From NCBI GenBank assembly GCA_965237675.1, contig OZ250150.1, positions 1,280,001 through 1,344,000 of the forward strand: a stretch of DNA of 64,000 nucleotides. Direction: 5' to 3'. Under the pieces are notes generated by a model. It searched no databases. It worked only from the letters and a program-made list of their open reading frames with translations, and was not told the DNA's origin. Numbering within the stretch: the stretch's first letter is position 1; every line of letters begins with the position of its first letter. Position numbers and translations under genes: made by a program. Source of the DNA: Candidatus Latescibacterota bacterium (GTDB taxonomy: Bacteria; Latescibacterota; UBA2968; GCA-2709665). Shown here piece by piece: positions 1 through 9,885 of the stretch.

Positions 1-276
1 GTCTGCCCAACGGGCGGTACCTTCGATACGCGGAGCGAACGAGAACACGGCCTTCTCCAACCTCTCGCCGAGTTGGTTTCCGGACGTGGCGGGCGACACG
101 AAACGTACGCGAATATCGTCTCCCGCGCGGATGAGATCCGAGGTCACGTGACTGACCAGCCTGGCCGTCTCCCGCTGGTAGGAAATCGTCCCCGTCTCGT
201 TCCGCTTCGAAGCACAGCCGGTTATCAACATGCCGACCACGAACAGCGTGCCGCGTCCAATCCGATTGGGCATCAT
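1..276 (-). CDS. 5' part of a lipoprotein, probably alpha-2-macroglobulin family (runs off window start)
   Basis: Manual translation MMPNRIGRGTLFVVGMLITGCASKR...DIRVRF...VFSFAPRIEGTARWAD. It has a lipobox LITGC and a GGAGAG SD, and the FSFxPxIxGxAxW motif resembles bacterial A2M N-terminal Ig-like domains. Confidence 0.55.
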   Translation of the reverse strand, partial: MMPNRIGRGTLFVVGMLITGCASKRNETGTISYQRETARLVSHVTSDLIRAGDDIRVRFVSPATSGNQLGERLEKAVFSFAPRIEGTARWAD

Positions 277-625
277 CCGGAACTCTCCCATGGTATATCG
301 TGGAAGCCCTCCAAAAGCGGCAAGCAAAGCGCCATCGGAGCCTCTGCCATTGGCAACCCGTCTCCCGACGCCGACCGGGAAACCGCTTGACATCATCGCT
401 TCGATCTTTACCTTAACAGCCCGTTGAAAAAGTCCATCCGGGCTGCGTCCGGCCCTTGTGGCCTAATTACTGCGTTGCACTCCCTCCCCGAATCCCCCGA
501 TTCGACGCGGTCGCGCGCCTTGTCTTCGGCCACAATGACTCGGCCTCGCCTGCAGAGCGACTTTATCAACGGACTGTTAAGCGCCGGAAACCGGCACCAC
601 GACAAAAATACTCGGGAGATTTCCG

Positions 626-1687
626 ATGCAATTCGGCCAATTCTATCTGCTGGAAACACCGCCCGGTAAAGACCACGCGCAAGTTTACCACGAAGCATTC
701 GAACAGTTCAAACTCATGGACGAAACGGGCTGGGACGCCATCTGGCTGGCCGAACACCACTTCGACCACCGGGCGCCCGGCGCGAACTATTATTCAATCA
801 CCCCGTCGATCCATACCATGGCCGCGTACGCGTCGGCCATTACCGAACGCATAAAAATCGGCACCGCGGTCATCGTGCTGCCCTTCCACAACCCGGTCAT
901 TGTCGCGGAAGACTTCGCCACCGTGGATATCATGTCCAAAGGGCGGCTCCTCTTCGGCGTGGGGCGCGGCTACCAGCTTGAGGAATTTCACAACTGGGGA
1001 ATCGATCTCGAGGAAAGCCGCGAACGCTTTCAGGAAGAACTGGATATTATCCTGAAGGCCTGGACCGGCCCCGTCGAGTACGACGGCAAGTACCACAAGG
1101 TCCGCAAAGTCAATGTCATCCCCAAACCCGTACAACAACCGCACCCGCCGGTTTACGTCGCGGCGGTGAGTCCTTCCACGTACGAATGGGTCATCAAAAA
1201 CGGCTACAACGTCCTGACCTCGTTCCTGCATCCCTACGACCAGGTATTCGAACTCTATGAGGCGTACCACAAGACGGCGGCCGCGTGCGGGCTGTCAGGA
1301 AAGCTGGACTTCCCCCTGGCGAGGTTCCTCTACGTTGCCGAAACCACCGAGAAAGCCCGCGAGGAATGCCACGACCAACTCATGTGGTACTTCCGCACCC
1401 TGCTTGCTGAGGTTATCGCGCCCCCGCCGGAAATCGCGCCTCCCGGACAGATGGAATTCTACCAGGAACTCAAACAGAAATTCTCGAACATCAGCTTCGA
1501 CGAGATCCTCGCAGATCATGCCATCGTAGGCGATCCCGACTTTGTCGCCGACAAAATCGGCTGGATCCGGAAACATACGGGATTGCAGAACTTTATGGGG
1601 TGGACCCGTATCGGAGACCTGCACCCCGATCTTGTCTGCAAATCCCTTCGGATGTTCTCCGAACACGTCGCGCCTGCGTTTAATTGA
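626..1687 (+). CDS. LLM-class (luciferase-like) flavin-dependent oxidoreductase
   Basis: Motifs WLAEHHF, TERIKIGTAVIVLP.HNP..VAEDFATVD..SKGRL..GVGRGY and PKPVQQPHPP. Confidence 0.93.
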   Translation: MQFGQFYLLETPPGKDHAQVYHEAFEQFKLMDETGWDAIWLAEHHFDHRAPGANYYSITPSIHTMAAYASAITERIKIGTAVIVLPFHNPVIVAEDFATVDIMSKGRLLFGVGRGYQLEEFHNWGIDLEESRERFQEELDIILKAWTGPVEYDGKYHKVRKVNVIPKPVQQPHPPVYVAAVSPSTYEWVIKNGYNVLTSFLHPYDQVFELYEAYHKTAAACGLSGKLDFPLARFLYVAETTEKAREECHDQLMWYFRTLLAEVIAPPPEIAPPGQMEFYQELKQKFSNISFDEILADHAIVGDPDFVADKIGWIRKHTGLQNFMGWTRIGDLHPDLVCKSLRMFSEHVAPAFN

Positions 1688-1720
1688 ACCTTCCACAGTG
1701 CAACGACTCCGCTCGCGCGT

Positions 1721-2056
1721 TTATTCCCGCCACGCCGGCTGCGTAACGTGCAGCAGCAACGCGCCCTCCGGGACCGTTATCACGGTTGACGTTCCCTTTT
1801 CGATATAGCCCAGATCCCCGACTTCGAAACGCACCGGCTCCTGACCCTGCGCGTGAACTTCCAGCGCACCCTTCAACATGAAAAAGACCTCGTTGTAGTC
1901 GAAGGTCCATTCCAGCCGGCTGGGTTCAAGATATTCCGTGAATCCTGCCGCGAGACAGTCGTCCTTTCCGAGAATGGGATCGGATACCTGTACTCGTGCG
2001 CCGGGCGCGTCGTACAGCTTCATGTCCCGCTGATCCGGTTTGACAATCTGTACCAT
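1721..2056 (-). CDS. Cupin, EutQ-like
   Basis: LAAGF...WTFDYNEVFFMLKG.L...GDLGYIEKG cupin motifs. Start moved to ATG 2056, which follows an AGGAGAG SD. Confidence 0.8.
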   Translation of the reverse strand: MVQIVKPDQRDMKLYDAPGARVQVSDPILGKDDCLAAGFTEYLEPSRLEWTFDYNEVFFMLKGALEVHAQGQEPVRFEVGDLGYIEKGTSTVITVPEGALLLHVTQPAWRE

Positions 2057-2099
2057 GTCGACTCTCCTCTGTAGGGCAGCAACCAGCATGCAGCAAAAA

Positions 2100-2209
2100 C
2101 AGCTATCAGCTTTCAGCGGTCAGCCAATACCGGTTAGCGATAAGGCCACGTGAAATCGACCACCGATATCCGCACCACCATGTGGGCAACCACAAGGGTT
2201 GCCCCTACA
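2100..2209 (+). repeat. Composite ~110-bp dispersed repeat, copy A (CAGC heptamer tract + conserved core + GTAG-type REP hairpin)
   Basis: CAGCTATCAGCTTTCAGCGGTCAGC-ACCGGTTAGCGATA...GGGCAACCACAAGGGTTGCCCCTACA; aligns by eye with copies at 13256, 13708, 48564 and 55621. Confidence 0.85.
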
Positions 2210-2264
2210 AATTCGATCGCCGTGCGCGATGGTTTGCGGCTCCTGGCGTCTGCGCGGCGCCCGC

Positions 2265-4598
2265 CTACGGCTCCAGGCGCTGCCGCGTCTCCGCTTCCGA
2301 AGCAATACGCTCCCATTCCCACAGTTGAGGAATATACCCCACGTCGGCCCAGAGTCGGGCCTGATCCGAATAGTGAGCGCTTCCGGGATGCCCGGAGGCG
2401 CCCAACGGCACGATCCACCGGGAATCGCTCCAGTTCGAAGGATCATGAATATATCGGTTCACCGACATCCCTGTCGCAATAAAGGGATCGCTCACGTCAT
2501 AGCCTCCGGCCAGCGGGACATCGCCGTCCCCATGCGTGGGCATCGAGGGAGGATCCAGAAGCCTTGCGCATTCCGGAAAAACCCGCGAGAGCGGATGCCT
2601 CGGCCGCGTCCGGTGGACGCGGCCCCACCGCCACTCGGACATCTCATCACCCAGGCGGCCCTTGAGATCCGCTACGGCCCGCTGGAGAGACACGGCCAGC
2701 AGATCTCCCCAACCGCACCCGTCCGGTAACATCGACTCGTCCCCGCGCTCGAGACCCAGGATCATCTCCAGAACGATCAACCGGATATGCATTTCCGCTC
2801 CTGGAGCCCCCTCAAGCGCCGGGGTCGCCATTTCGCCGAGCAGATGCTCCGCCAGTATTCGGGTTGTGCAGAGGCGGGTCTGCGAATAGATCGTCGGCTG
2901 CGCCAGGTCCCGGTCCATGCGATAGTCCCACTCGTTCAGAAGCGCCAGGGCCCGTTGCGAATCCGCGTCCGGAGCCTGGATTTCGAGAAGCGCCTCCGTA
3001 AAAATCCGCGCCGGAATGGAGGTCCGGTCGGCGTGCATACCCGCCATATCGTCCACGGTCGCCGCGCCCGGCGCCAGATCCAGGATGCGCAGCTGAAGCC
3101 GTCTGGCCCGGTACTCCGGGCTGAAGTACAACCCCACGTAGTACGGGTAATCAGATCCGGCCACACGCTGGTTGCAGGTCACCGCGTACCCGGCCTGCGG
3201 ACAGATCGCCCGTGGCAGATCATCGTGGGGAATATATCCCCGCCACTCGTACTCTCCGGTCCACCCCGGCACGGCGCGCCACCCGTTGGCCTCCGTGCGA
3301 ACCGGGATCTTTCCCTCGTGCAAATAGCCGAAATTTCCGTGGACGTCCACGACCGCATAGTTGTTCACCCGATCGGTCCAGTTCTCAAATGCGTCGTGCA
3401 GTTCCTGCACCGTGGTGGCGAGCATCGCGTCGCGGGCGGCATCCAGCCAGGGCGTGCCCTGAATGAGCCCGGGATCGCTGATCGCAATTCCGTACCCGGA
3501 TTCGGGATTGCCCGTGATCACGGGGCCGTGATGCGTGATGGTCACTTCGATCTCGACCGGCTCGGCGTTCCGGACCGCGATGGTCTCATGCAGAACCTCG
3601 GCCTGTTTCCACGTCTCCCCGAATGCATACTCCCGCCCTCCCGCGCGTTCTCGAAATCGTTCCACGAAAAGATCTTGCGTGTCGGCATTTCCGTAGGTCA
3701 TCCCCCAGCCCACGTGCGCGTTGTGGCAAAAATGCAGGATCCCGGGCATCCCGGGTATTGAAGAGCCGATCATCGAAAAATCCGGACAGGAAAGATGCGC
3801 CTGATAGTAAACGCACGGCGTATCCAGGGCCCGGTGAGAGTCGCCCCCCATCAGCGGCAACCCGGATCGGGTCAGTTCTCCCGAAATCGACCAGGCATTG
3901 GAACCGGCGTCCGTCTCCTTCAGCCAGTTCACGTCTTCGAGCGCCCTGCCGAGTTCCTCCAGTCCGTCCACGCCAGGTCCCGAATACACCTCTCCCGGGG
4001 GAACGGTGAGCAGATGACCGCCGGGGTAACCCTTGATAATGCGTGCCGCCTTTTCGGGGCCGATTTCCAGAGCCAGGCGCGTACGGTAGAGTTTCGGCTC
4101 GAACGTTCCCAACAGCGTATTGCGCATCTTGTAGACCGCGATACAATGCCAATTCTCCCAGGGCTCCGGCGTCCTTTCCAGAAGATTGTACTCGACCGGG
4201 TACGCCGACGTCGTTTCGATAAAAGCGTTCACGCCCGCTGTATAGGCATCCACCATCGCCGTTGCCTCCGCGCCTGCCGCCTCGTAGTCCAACCTGGCGG
4301 TGCGCCCCATTCCCGCCGTTCGCAACAGCCTATCCTGGGCAACGCCATCCGGGCCGGCAAGTTCCGCCCATCGGCCCAGCGCCCGGTACCGGTCGTAATC
4401 CATGTGCCAAAGCCGATCCTGAGCCGTGGCGAAACCCTGCGAAAAAAAGAGGTCGTGTTCGTTCTCCGCCCGGATATGCGGAATGCCCCACCGATCGCGG
4501 CAGATCGTAACGGTATCGATCAAACCGGACAGGCGCAACGTGGATGACAGATCCGGTAGTGCGGCGGCCAGGTCGGCTTCGGTAAGCTCTACACCCAT
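2265..4598 (-). CDS. Penicillin acylase family (Ntn hydrolase)
   Basis: Motifs RDRWGIPHI.A, QGFATAQDRLW.MD and GSNAW (catalytic Ser), and THHGPVI. Confidence 0.93.
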   Translation of the reverse strand: MGVELTEADLAAALPDLSSTLRLSGLIDTVTICRDRWGIPHIRAENEHDLFFSQGFATAQDRLWHMDYDRYRALGRWAELAGPDGVAQDRLLRTAGMGRTARLDYEAAGAEATAMVDAYTAGVNAFIETTSAYPVEYNLLERTPEPWENWHCIAVYKMRNTLLGTFEPKLYRTRLALEIGPEKAARIIKGYPGGHLLTVPPGEVYSGPGVDGLEELGRALEDVNWLKETDAGSNAWSISGELTRSGLPLMGGDSHRALDTPCVYYQAHLSCPDFSMIGSSIPGMPGILHFCHNAHVGWGMTYGNADTQDLFVERFRERAGGREYAFGETWKQAEVLHETIAVRNAEPVEIEVTITHHGPVITGNPESGYGIAISDPGLIQGTPWLDAARDAMLATTVQELHDAFENWTDRVNNYAVVDVHGNFGYLHEGKIPVRTEANGWRAVPGWTGEYEWRGYIPHDDLPRAICPQAGYAVTCNQRVAGSDYPYYVGLYFSPEYRARRLQLRILDLAPGAATVDDMAGMHADRTSIPARIFTEALLEIQAPDADSQRALALLNEWDYRMDRDLAQPTIYSQTRLCTTRILAEHLLGEMATPALEGAPGAEMHIRLIVLEMILGLERGDESMLPDGCGWGDLLAVSLQRAVADLKGRLGDEMSEWRWGRVHRTRPRHPLSRVFPECARLLDPPSMPTHGDGDVPLAGGYDVSDPFIATGMSVNRYIHDPSNWSDSRWIVPLGASGHPGSAHYSDQARLWADVGYIPQLWEWERIASEAETRQRLEP

Positions 4599-4866
4599 GA
4601 GTTGTCCTCGTCAATGGCGATCCTCGTCGAAACGTGGATTGCCGTGTAGATGCTGGATGTCTGGATGTAACGATGCCTCACGGCGTGGAACGAAAACACA
4701 AACAGCGACGAGTGTTCCTGCCCGACCGCATTCGCCTCAGGCAACAATATGGCGACGATGAAAGACCGCATCGCTCCCGCCGTCAAACGATTCAGTGCCT
4801 GAACCGGTTTCCCCATATCTACATATCTTTGTGTCTCTGTGCCTTTGTGTGCGAATGATATGGGGT

Positions 4867-5796
4867 CTAACCGGGCTCCACGTCGCCAAGCCACCGCTGC
4901 ACCGCCTCAGAAAACCCGTCCGCGTTGTGGTCGGACACCACCGGAAACCGTTTTCTCAAGGGTTCGGGGGCGTTCTGTACAACAAATGGAAACCCACACC
5001 ACTGCAACATATCCGAGTCGTTGTAGTCGTTGCCGACGGCCGCGGAACGCTCGGCGTCCGCGCCCAGCCGTTCGCACAGTCTGGCCGCGGATCGGGACTT
5101 GGAGACGTGCCTCGGAAAAATCTCAAACCACGTGGACTGGTGGTCCGAAGGGGACGTGGTCCGGATCACCGTAAGGTCCGGCAGGGCGTTCGAGAGCGCG
5201 TCATGGGTGCGCCAGGGATCCGCTTCCCGGGGACAGACCACCAGGAATTGCGAAGCGCGGCTGTGCCGCGGGCTGCCGGGATCCAGCGGTTGGCAGAATT
5301 CCGCGTTGTATTGACGCCTGCGCAAAAAATCGGGATTGTGCTCGTTCTGTTCCCAGTACTCGAACGTATGGTTCTCCGGAACCGGTGCGTGAACCATAAA
5401 GTCGAATCCCGTATCGATCAGATGGTCGGCAACAAGGCGCACGGCTCCGGCGGAAAGGGCATGGGATTCCACCAGCGTCTGATCCCGGAAATCGAAAATT
5501 CCGACCCCCGACGAAGTAACAAGGAAATCAATCGGAAATGTGTCCGGCAAAACGGTCCGTGCCGACATAAGGGACCGCCCGGTGACCACCGCCCTCCAGA
5601 TGTTCTTTCTCCCCAGCGATTTCAGCGTTTCCAGGCTTCGTTCGCTCGCCTTCCGATCGCTCTGCAACAGCGTTCCGTCCAGATCCGTAAACAAAGCGAG
5701 GTTCGTTCGTTTTTCCTGCGGCTCCAACCCGTGCCTCCATCCCTGTCGGGCCATCGGTTCGGCGGGAGTCTGCGGTCTCCGGCGCTCCTCAGGCAT
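4867..5796 (-). CDS. Cof-type HAD-IIB hydrolase
   Basis: Motifs TDLDGTLL, VVTGR, SKS and GNDYNDSDML. Start uncertain. Confidence 0.88.
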   Translation of the reverse strand: MPEERRRPQTPAEPMARQGWRHGLEPQEKRTNLALFTDLDGTLLQSDRKASERSLETLKSLGRKNIWRAVVTGRSLMSARTVLPDTFPIDFLVTSSGVGIFDFRDQTLVESHALSAGAVRLVADHLIDTGFDFMVHAPVPENHTFEYWEQNEHNPDFLRRRQYNAEFCQPLDPGSPRHSRASQFLVVCPREADPWRTHDALSNALPDLTVIRTTSPSDHQSTWFEIFPRHVSKSRSAARLCERLGADAERSAAVGNDYNDSDMLQWCGFPFVVQNAPEPLRKRFPVVSDHNADGFSEAVQRWLGDVEPG

Positions 5797-7336
5797 CCGC
5801 AATACGATATGAATACAGCGACGCCTTCCTCATGTAAAACCGATATCGGGTATAGCCGACGATCGTATTCACGGCCGGAACCCCATTCCAGGAAACCACG
5901 TGGTTCACGTCGTCTCCGGTGAACCGGTCGCAGTCCTCGCGACGATACCGTGCCCAGGGGTTCTCCATCGCATCCAGAACCTCGACGTCGATATATCCAC
6001 CCGGGGCGCACCGTGCGTTGATGATCAGTTTCTCTCCCGTGGAAAACTGCGGCCTCGTGCAAACGATCCCTTCCTGAAGCCCCGCATCGAGCGAGATGAA
6101 TCCGTCCAGCCTAATGGTCGCCAGGCCAAGCCCGCCGTTCAACTGATCGATTGTCAACGCCGCCTCCGGCGTATCCAGACCCCGCGATTTCCCCAAAACG
6201 TACCAGTCGTGATGGTAGTCCGCCCCACCGTAGTAAATGTAGTGGCGGTCGCCGACACGGAACGGCGTTATCACCGTGTCGATCTGAAATTCATCCCAGG
6301 AACCCCTTCCACCCCTGGGAACCACCCGCGGGCCGTGAGGATAATGGCGCCAGTCCACGCCGTCGTGGCTATAGACGAGTTCCGTGTCCTTCGTGCTGTC
6401 CACGGTATGAAATACCGGCATCAGTCCACAGTGATACCGGCCCATCCTGAAGGGGGCCAGCGAATAAAACTGATCGTCCAGATTGTGAAGCGCTCCCGGC
6501 GCCAGCACACGCACAGCGTCGGACCACGTGATCAGGTCTTCGCTTTCGATCCGGTAAATTGCGCGTTTGGGGATCCATCCGAAGGGCTGTGAGGGATAGT
6601 GTCTGACGAAGCGCTGATCCGCGTCGGGATTGCCTGTCTCCGCCGCGTAGTGGACACGCCCGTATATCACGTATCGTCCGCGTGATTCGTCCTTCAACAA
6701 CGTAAGCACGTCGCTTCCCCATATCGTGCTGACGGGGTTCCTGGCTTCCAGCGACCAACTCAGCCCTTCGCCCGAGTAAGCCATGCAGAGGCCCAGGGCA
6801 TGCGAGTGAGCGAGCGTGGTCTTCTTGGGAACGTTGACGTTTTCTTTTTCGGGAAGAAACGCCATCTTGTATCGCCTTGCCGGATCGGGGTCTTCTTCGT
6901 CCCGAATCACGCAGAATGCCACCGGCGTTCCGAAGGTCTCGTCCCAGGCCACGCGATTGGTGCCGGCGGCCTCAATTGAAACCGCGCCCAGGGCGGGCTT
7001 TTCCCACCGGATGCCATCGGAAGACTCGGCATAACTGATCCTCGGCTGCATCCGATGCTCCGCCGCGCCGCCCGCGAAGTCGCTCATAGAGATGTCGAGA
7101 TACCAGCACCGAAACCTGCCGTCCGGCTCGCGGAGCATCGTCACCGTTGTATTGAAATGCGGAAATACCTCCCACGGCTTGTCTCGCTTCAAAACGGGAT
7201 TGCCCGCGTGTTTTGTTGCCCGATGGCGGGTCCTCTTGACGTTCTTCACCCATTCCAGCACCGTGTCATCCAGAAAATACTGTACTTGCTCGGCAATGCG
7301 TTCATAGTGCCGTTCAGGGTTATAGCTGGCCAACAT
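5789..7336 (-). CDS. Putative five-bladed beta-propeller glycoside hydrolase-like protein
   Basis: Repeated Asp-box-like S.DG..W motifs, GNPVL..DKPWE, and the C-terminal GLATIRLDGF.S. Confidence 0.6.
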   Translation of the reverse strand: MLASYNPERHYERIAEQVQYFLDDTVLEWVKNVKRTRHRATKHAGNPVLKRDKPWEVFPHFNTTVTMLREPDGRFRCWYLDISMSDFAGGAAEHRMQPRISYAESSDGIRWEKPALGAVSIEAAGTNRVAWDETFGTPVAFCVIRDEEDPDPARRYKMAFLPEKENVNVPKKTTLAHSHALGLCMAYSGEGLSWSLEARNPVSTIWGSDVLTLLKDESRGRYVIYGRVHYAAETGNPDADQRFVRHYPSQPFGWIPKRAIYRIESEDLITWSDAVRVLAPGALHNLDDQFYSLAPFRMGRYHCGLMPVFHTVDSTKDTELVYSHDGVDWRHYPHGPRVVPRGGRGSWDEFQIDTVITPFRVGDRHYIYYGGADYHHDWYVLGKSRGLDTPEAALTIDQLNGGLGLATIRLDGFISLDAGLQEGIVCTRPQFSTGEKLIINARCAPGGYIDVEVLDAMENPWARYRREDCDRFTGDDVNHVVSWNGVPAVNTIVGYTRYRFYMRKASLYSYRIADA

Positions 7337-7389
7337 CGCATCTCTCCGGTTGGAAAGTCGGGTGAGTCCATGTCATTCAGCGCAAATAT

Positions 7390-7433
7390 AAAAAATCCGG
7401 AAGAAAACACATAACCGATTCTCTTCCGGATTT
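7390..7433 (-). terminator. Probable intrinsic terminator after the CDP-alcohol phosphatidyltransferase gene
   Basis: AAATCCGGAAGA/TCTTCCGGATTT stem followed by a T-run on the minus strand. Confidence 0.55.
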
Positions 7434-7535
7434 CCGCTGGCGATTCCAAACAAAAACGGCGCACCGTCGTGCGCCTTCTGCCAGGTGACTCCTTTGACTC
7501 GTTTTCAGTTCACGCGAATCCTTTCGGCCATCCGG

Positions 7536-8117
7536 TCAGTCGCGGGACCGCTTGCGAAAATACAATACCCGGTGCAGCGCGGTATAGTTGGCCAGAAACG
7601 CAATCGCCCAAATTGCTACCGTAAGACCGATTTCGCCCACGAGCGCCCCCACGCCGATGGCGATTACCCGTTCCGGCCGTTGCATGAAACCGACCTTGCA
7701 CTCTTCGCCCAGACCCTCCACACGTGCCCGGATATAGCTCACCATCAAAGAGCCTGCCAGCGCAAAAAACACGGCGGACGTGGTCCACAGGGAGTCCGAC
7801 CGGATAAAGCTCACCGCCATTCCGAACCAGATGAAAATCTCGGAATACCGGTCGACGGTCGAGTCCAGGAGCGCGCCGAACGTGGTTTCGCTTTGCCCCA
7901 CGCGGGCTACCTGTCCATCCAGAAAATCGAACACGCCGGCGAGCAGCACAACCAAGCCCGCCCACCGAATGTATTCGAATCCGAAAAGCACCGCCGCAAC
8001 CAGGTTCAGGATGAACCCAACCAGGGTCAGTACATTCGGCCGGAAACGCTTCTTAACAAGAAACTGCGTGGAGGGTTCGAGCAGTTCCGCGACGTCGTTT
8101 TTAACCTTCTCAATCAC
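7536..8117 (-). CDS. CDP-alcohol phosphatidyltransferase (PgsA/PIP-synthase-like)
   Basis: PNVLT and the signature D..DG..AR......FGALLDS..DRYSE. Confidence 0.92.
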   Translation of the reverse strand: MIEKVKNDVAELLEPSTQFLVKKRFRPNVLTLVGFILNLVAAVLFGFEYIRWAGLVVLLAGVFDFLDGQVARVGQSETTFGALLDSTVDRYSEIFIWFGMAVSFIRSDSLWTTSAVFFALAGSLMVSYIRARVEGLGEECKVGFMQRPERVIAIGVGALVGEIGLTVAIWAIAFLANYTALHRVLYFRKRSRD

Positions 8118-8473
8118 GAGCCAGCATTCCCCATTGGCCGGGATATTGCATTTCCGGGCAATATACTACCTGCGATTTTTTCAAAATATAGAATAATCGC
8201 AGGGGGGTAGCAAGGGAAATCTTCGGTCCCGGACGCCGCGCCGATCGGCCGATATCCGCGGGTCGACAGGGGGTGGCCATTGGCTGGAGGGGCCCCTGGA
8301 TCGGTCGCTTTTCCGGGTTGATCTTCCGTCGTCACCGCCCCGTTACGCCTCGCGCGAAACGATCGCATCCGCAGGGGTTGTCGAGCGCGATCCGGTCACG
8401 GTCGTCGCGGCCCTGGAATCGCGGCGCGTGAAGGCGTCTACGGTTGGCGGGTGGCTGGCGGATCCGCCGGATG

Positions 8474-8604
8474 TTTTCCACGTGTTTTCCACAGAGCGTG
8501 TTATAGCTGTGGAAAACACGTGGCTTGTTTCCGTTAAATAACACAAAAATAAGTAAATAATTATAAACACCTGCTTCCGTTCAGTTATTCTATGATGTGG
8601 ATTA
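8474..8604. promoter_or_regulatory. 17-bp perfect inverted repeat containing DnaA-box-like 9-mers, next to an AT-rich tract
   Basis: CCACGTGTTTTCCACAG (8478-8494) and CTGTGGAAAACACGTGG (8507-8523); TGTGGATTA at 8596; AT-rich 8534-8568. Confidence 0.5.
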
Positions 8605-8688
8605 GTAACGGTTCCGAGTCCGCATCCGGCCCGGGCGCGCCGCCGCCGACCGGTGGTATGCCGCCGCTCGTTTCGTCGCCCTTATGCC

Positions 8689-8717
8689 TTGACAGACGCC
8701 GGCCCGCATGTTATTCT
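8689..8717 (+). promoter_or_regulatory. sigma70-type promoter of the FAH gene
   Basis: TTGACA-N17-TATTCT with an extended TG. Confidence 0.6.
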
Positions 8718-8772
8718 TCGCTCTCGGTTCCGCAAAACAACGCCATTTCTCAAGAGAAAGGCAACCCATCTC

Positions 8773-9624
8773 ATGCGATTGCTTACCTTCGAATACCAGG
8801 GAGCGCGGCGCGTGGGCGTCCGGTCGGGAGATACGATCGTGGATGTGAACCGCGTCGATGCCGATATTCCCCCGGATCTCGTAAGATTGCTCGAGGCGGG
8901 GCCGGCTGCGCTGGGTTCGGCGCGGGAGGCGGCAGAGCGCGGCGAAGGTATCGATGCCGATCTCGTCCGTGTCGTGGCCCCCATCCAGAACCCTCAGAAG
9001 ATCCTCTGCATCGGCCTCAACTACGCCGACCACGCGGCCGAAAGCAATATGCCCATTCCCTCCGAGCCGGTGGTGTTTTCCAAGTTCTCTTCCACCATTG
9101 TGGGTCCCGGCGATGCGATCCGCCTGCCGTCGGTTACCCGGTCTATCGACTATGAGGCTGAACTGGTGGTTGTCATCGGAACGTCCGGAAAAGACATTTC
9201 CGAATCCGACGCGTTTGGACACGTGGCGGGCTATACGGTTGGTCACGACGTGAGCGCGCGGGACTTCCAGCTTGAAAAACCCGGCGGACAATGGCTGCTG
9301 GGGAAGACCTTCGACACCTTCGCGCCGCTGGGACCGGATATTGTCACACCCGACGAGGTCGACGACCCGCACAACCTGGATATACGCTGTATCCTGAACG
9401 GCGAAACCGTACAGGACTCGAATACGCAACAGTTGATTTTCAAGATCGACCAACTGATCGCCTACCTGTCCCGGGTTATCACCCTTCAGCCAGGCGACCT
9501 GATTTTCACGGGTACGCCGCCGGGAGTCGGCATGGCCAGGCAGCCGCAACTCTGGCTGAAGGCGGGGGACACCGTTGTCTGTGAAGTCGACGGTATCGGC
9601 AGGCTCGAAAATCCGGTTGTCTAG
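8773..9624 (+). CDS. Fumarylacetoacetate hydrolase family protein
   Basis: KILCIGLNY.DHAAE, DYEAEL, HDVSARD.Q, GK.FDTF.PLGP and GDLIFTGTP.GVG. Confidence 0.93.
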   Translation: MRLLTFEYQGARRVGVRSGDTIVDVNRVDADIPPDLVRLLEAGPAALGSAREAAERGEGIDADLVRVVAPIQNPQKILCIGLNYADHAAESNMPIPSEPVVFSKFSSTIVGPGDAIRLPSVTRSIDYEAELVVVIGTSGKDISESDAFGHVAGYTVGHDVSARDFQLEKPGGQWLLGKTFDTFAPLGPDIVTPDEVDDPHNLDIRCILNGETVQDSNTQQLIFKIDQLIAYLSRVITLQPGDLIFTGTPPGVGMARQPQLWLKAGDTVVCEVDGIGRLENPVV

Positions 9625-9760
9625 GGCTGACGGATTCCCGGTCAGAAAATCGGGGTCATTGCGGTGGACCCGAATATCCGGTGATATGGAATCAACCCGG
9701 ATCTCGTCGTCCCCTCGGTCCTGGACACTCGACCTCCCGATATACGGGCCCGTATTGAGT

Positions 9761-9819
9761 TTCGCAATAACACGTAAATACGTTATATTACGCCAAAAGC
9801 CTACACACACGAGTGTGTA
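9761..9819 (+). promoter_or_regulatory. Candidate promoter and operator palindromes upstream of the HTH-mutase gene
   Basis: TTCGCA-N17-TATATT (9761-9789). ACGTA-AA-TACGT lies in the spacer and TACACAC-N4-GTGTGTA at 9802-9819. Confidence 0.5.
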
Positions 9820-9885
9820 TGGGTCCGGTCGCGGCGGCGCAATCGTACTCTGAAGCCCGCATGCCGCGCAACGGAGGTTTCGAGG

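Noticed and set aside
4600-4850. Possible GxxExxY-family gene remnant behind a CACAAAG/CACAGAG tandem motif
   Set aside because: Only a weak LNRLT resemblance; the GxxExxY motif itself is absent.
9625-9760. Consecutive hairpins upstream of the mutase, considered as a cobalamin riboswitch
   Set aside because: I could not find the conserved GGGAA, GCCACTG or B12-box elements; more likely terminator or incidental structure. An Rfam scan would settle it.
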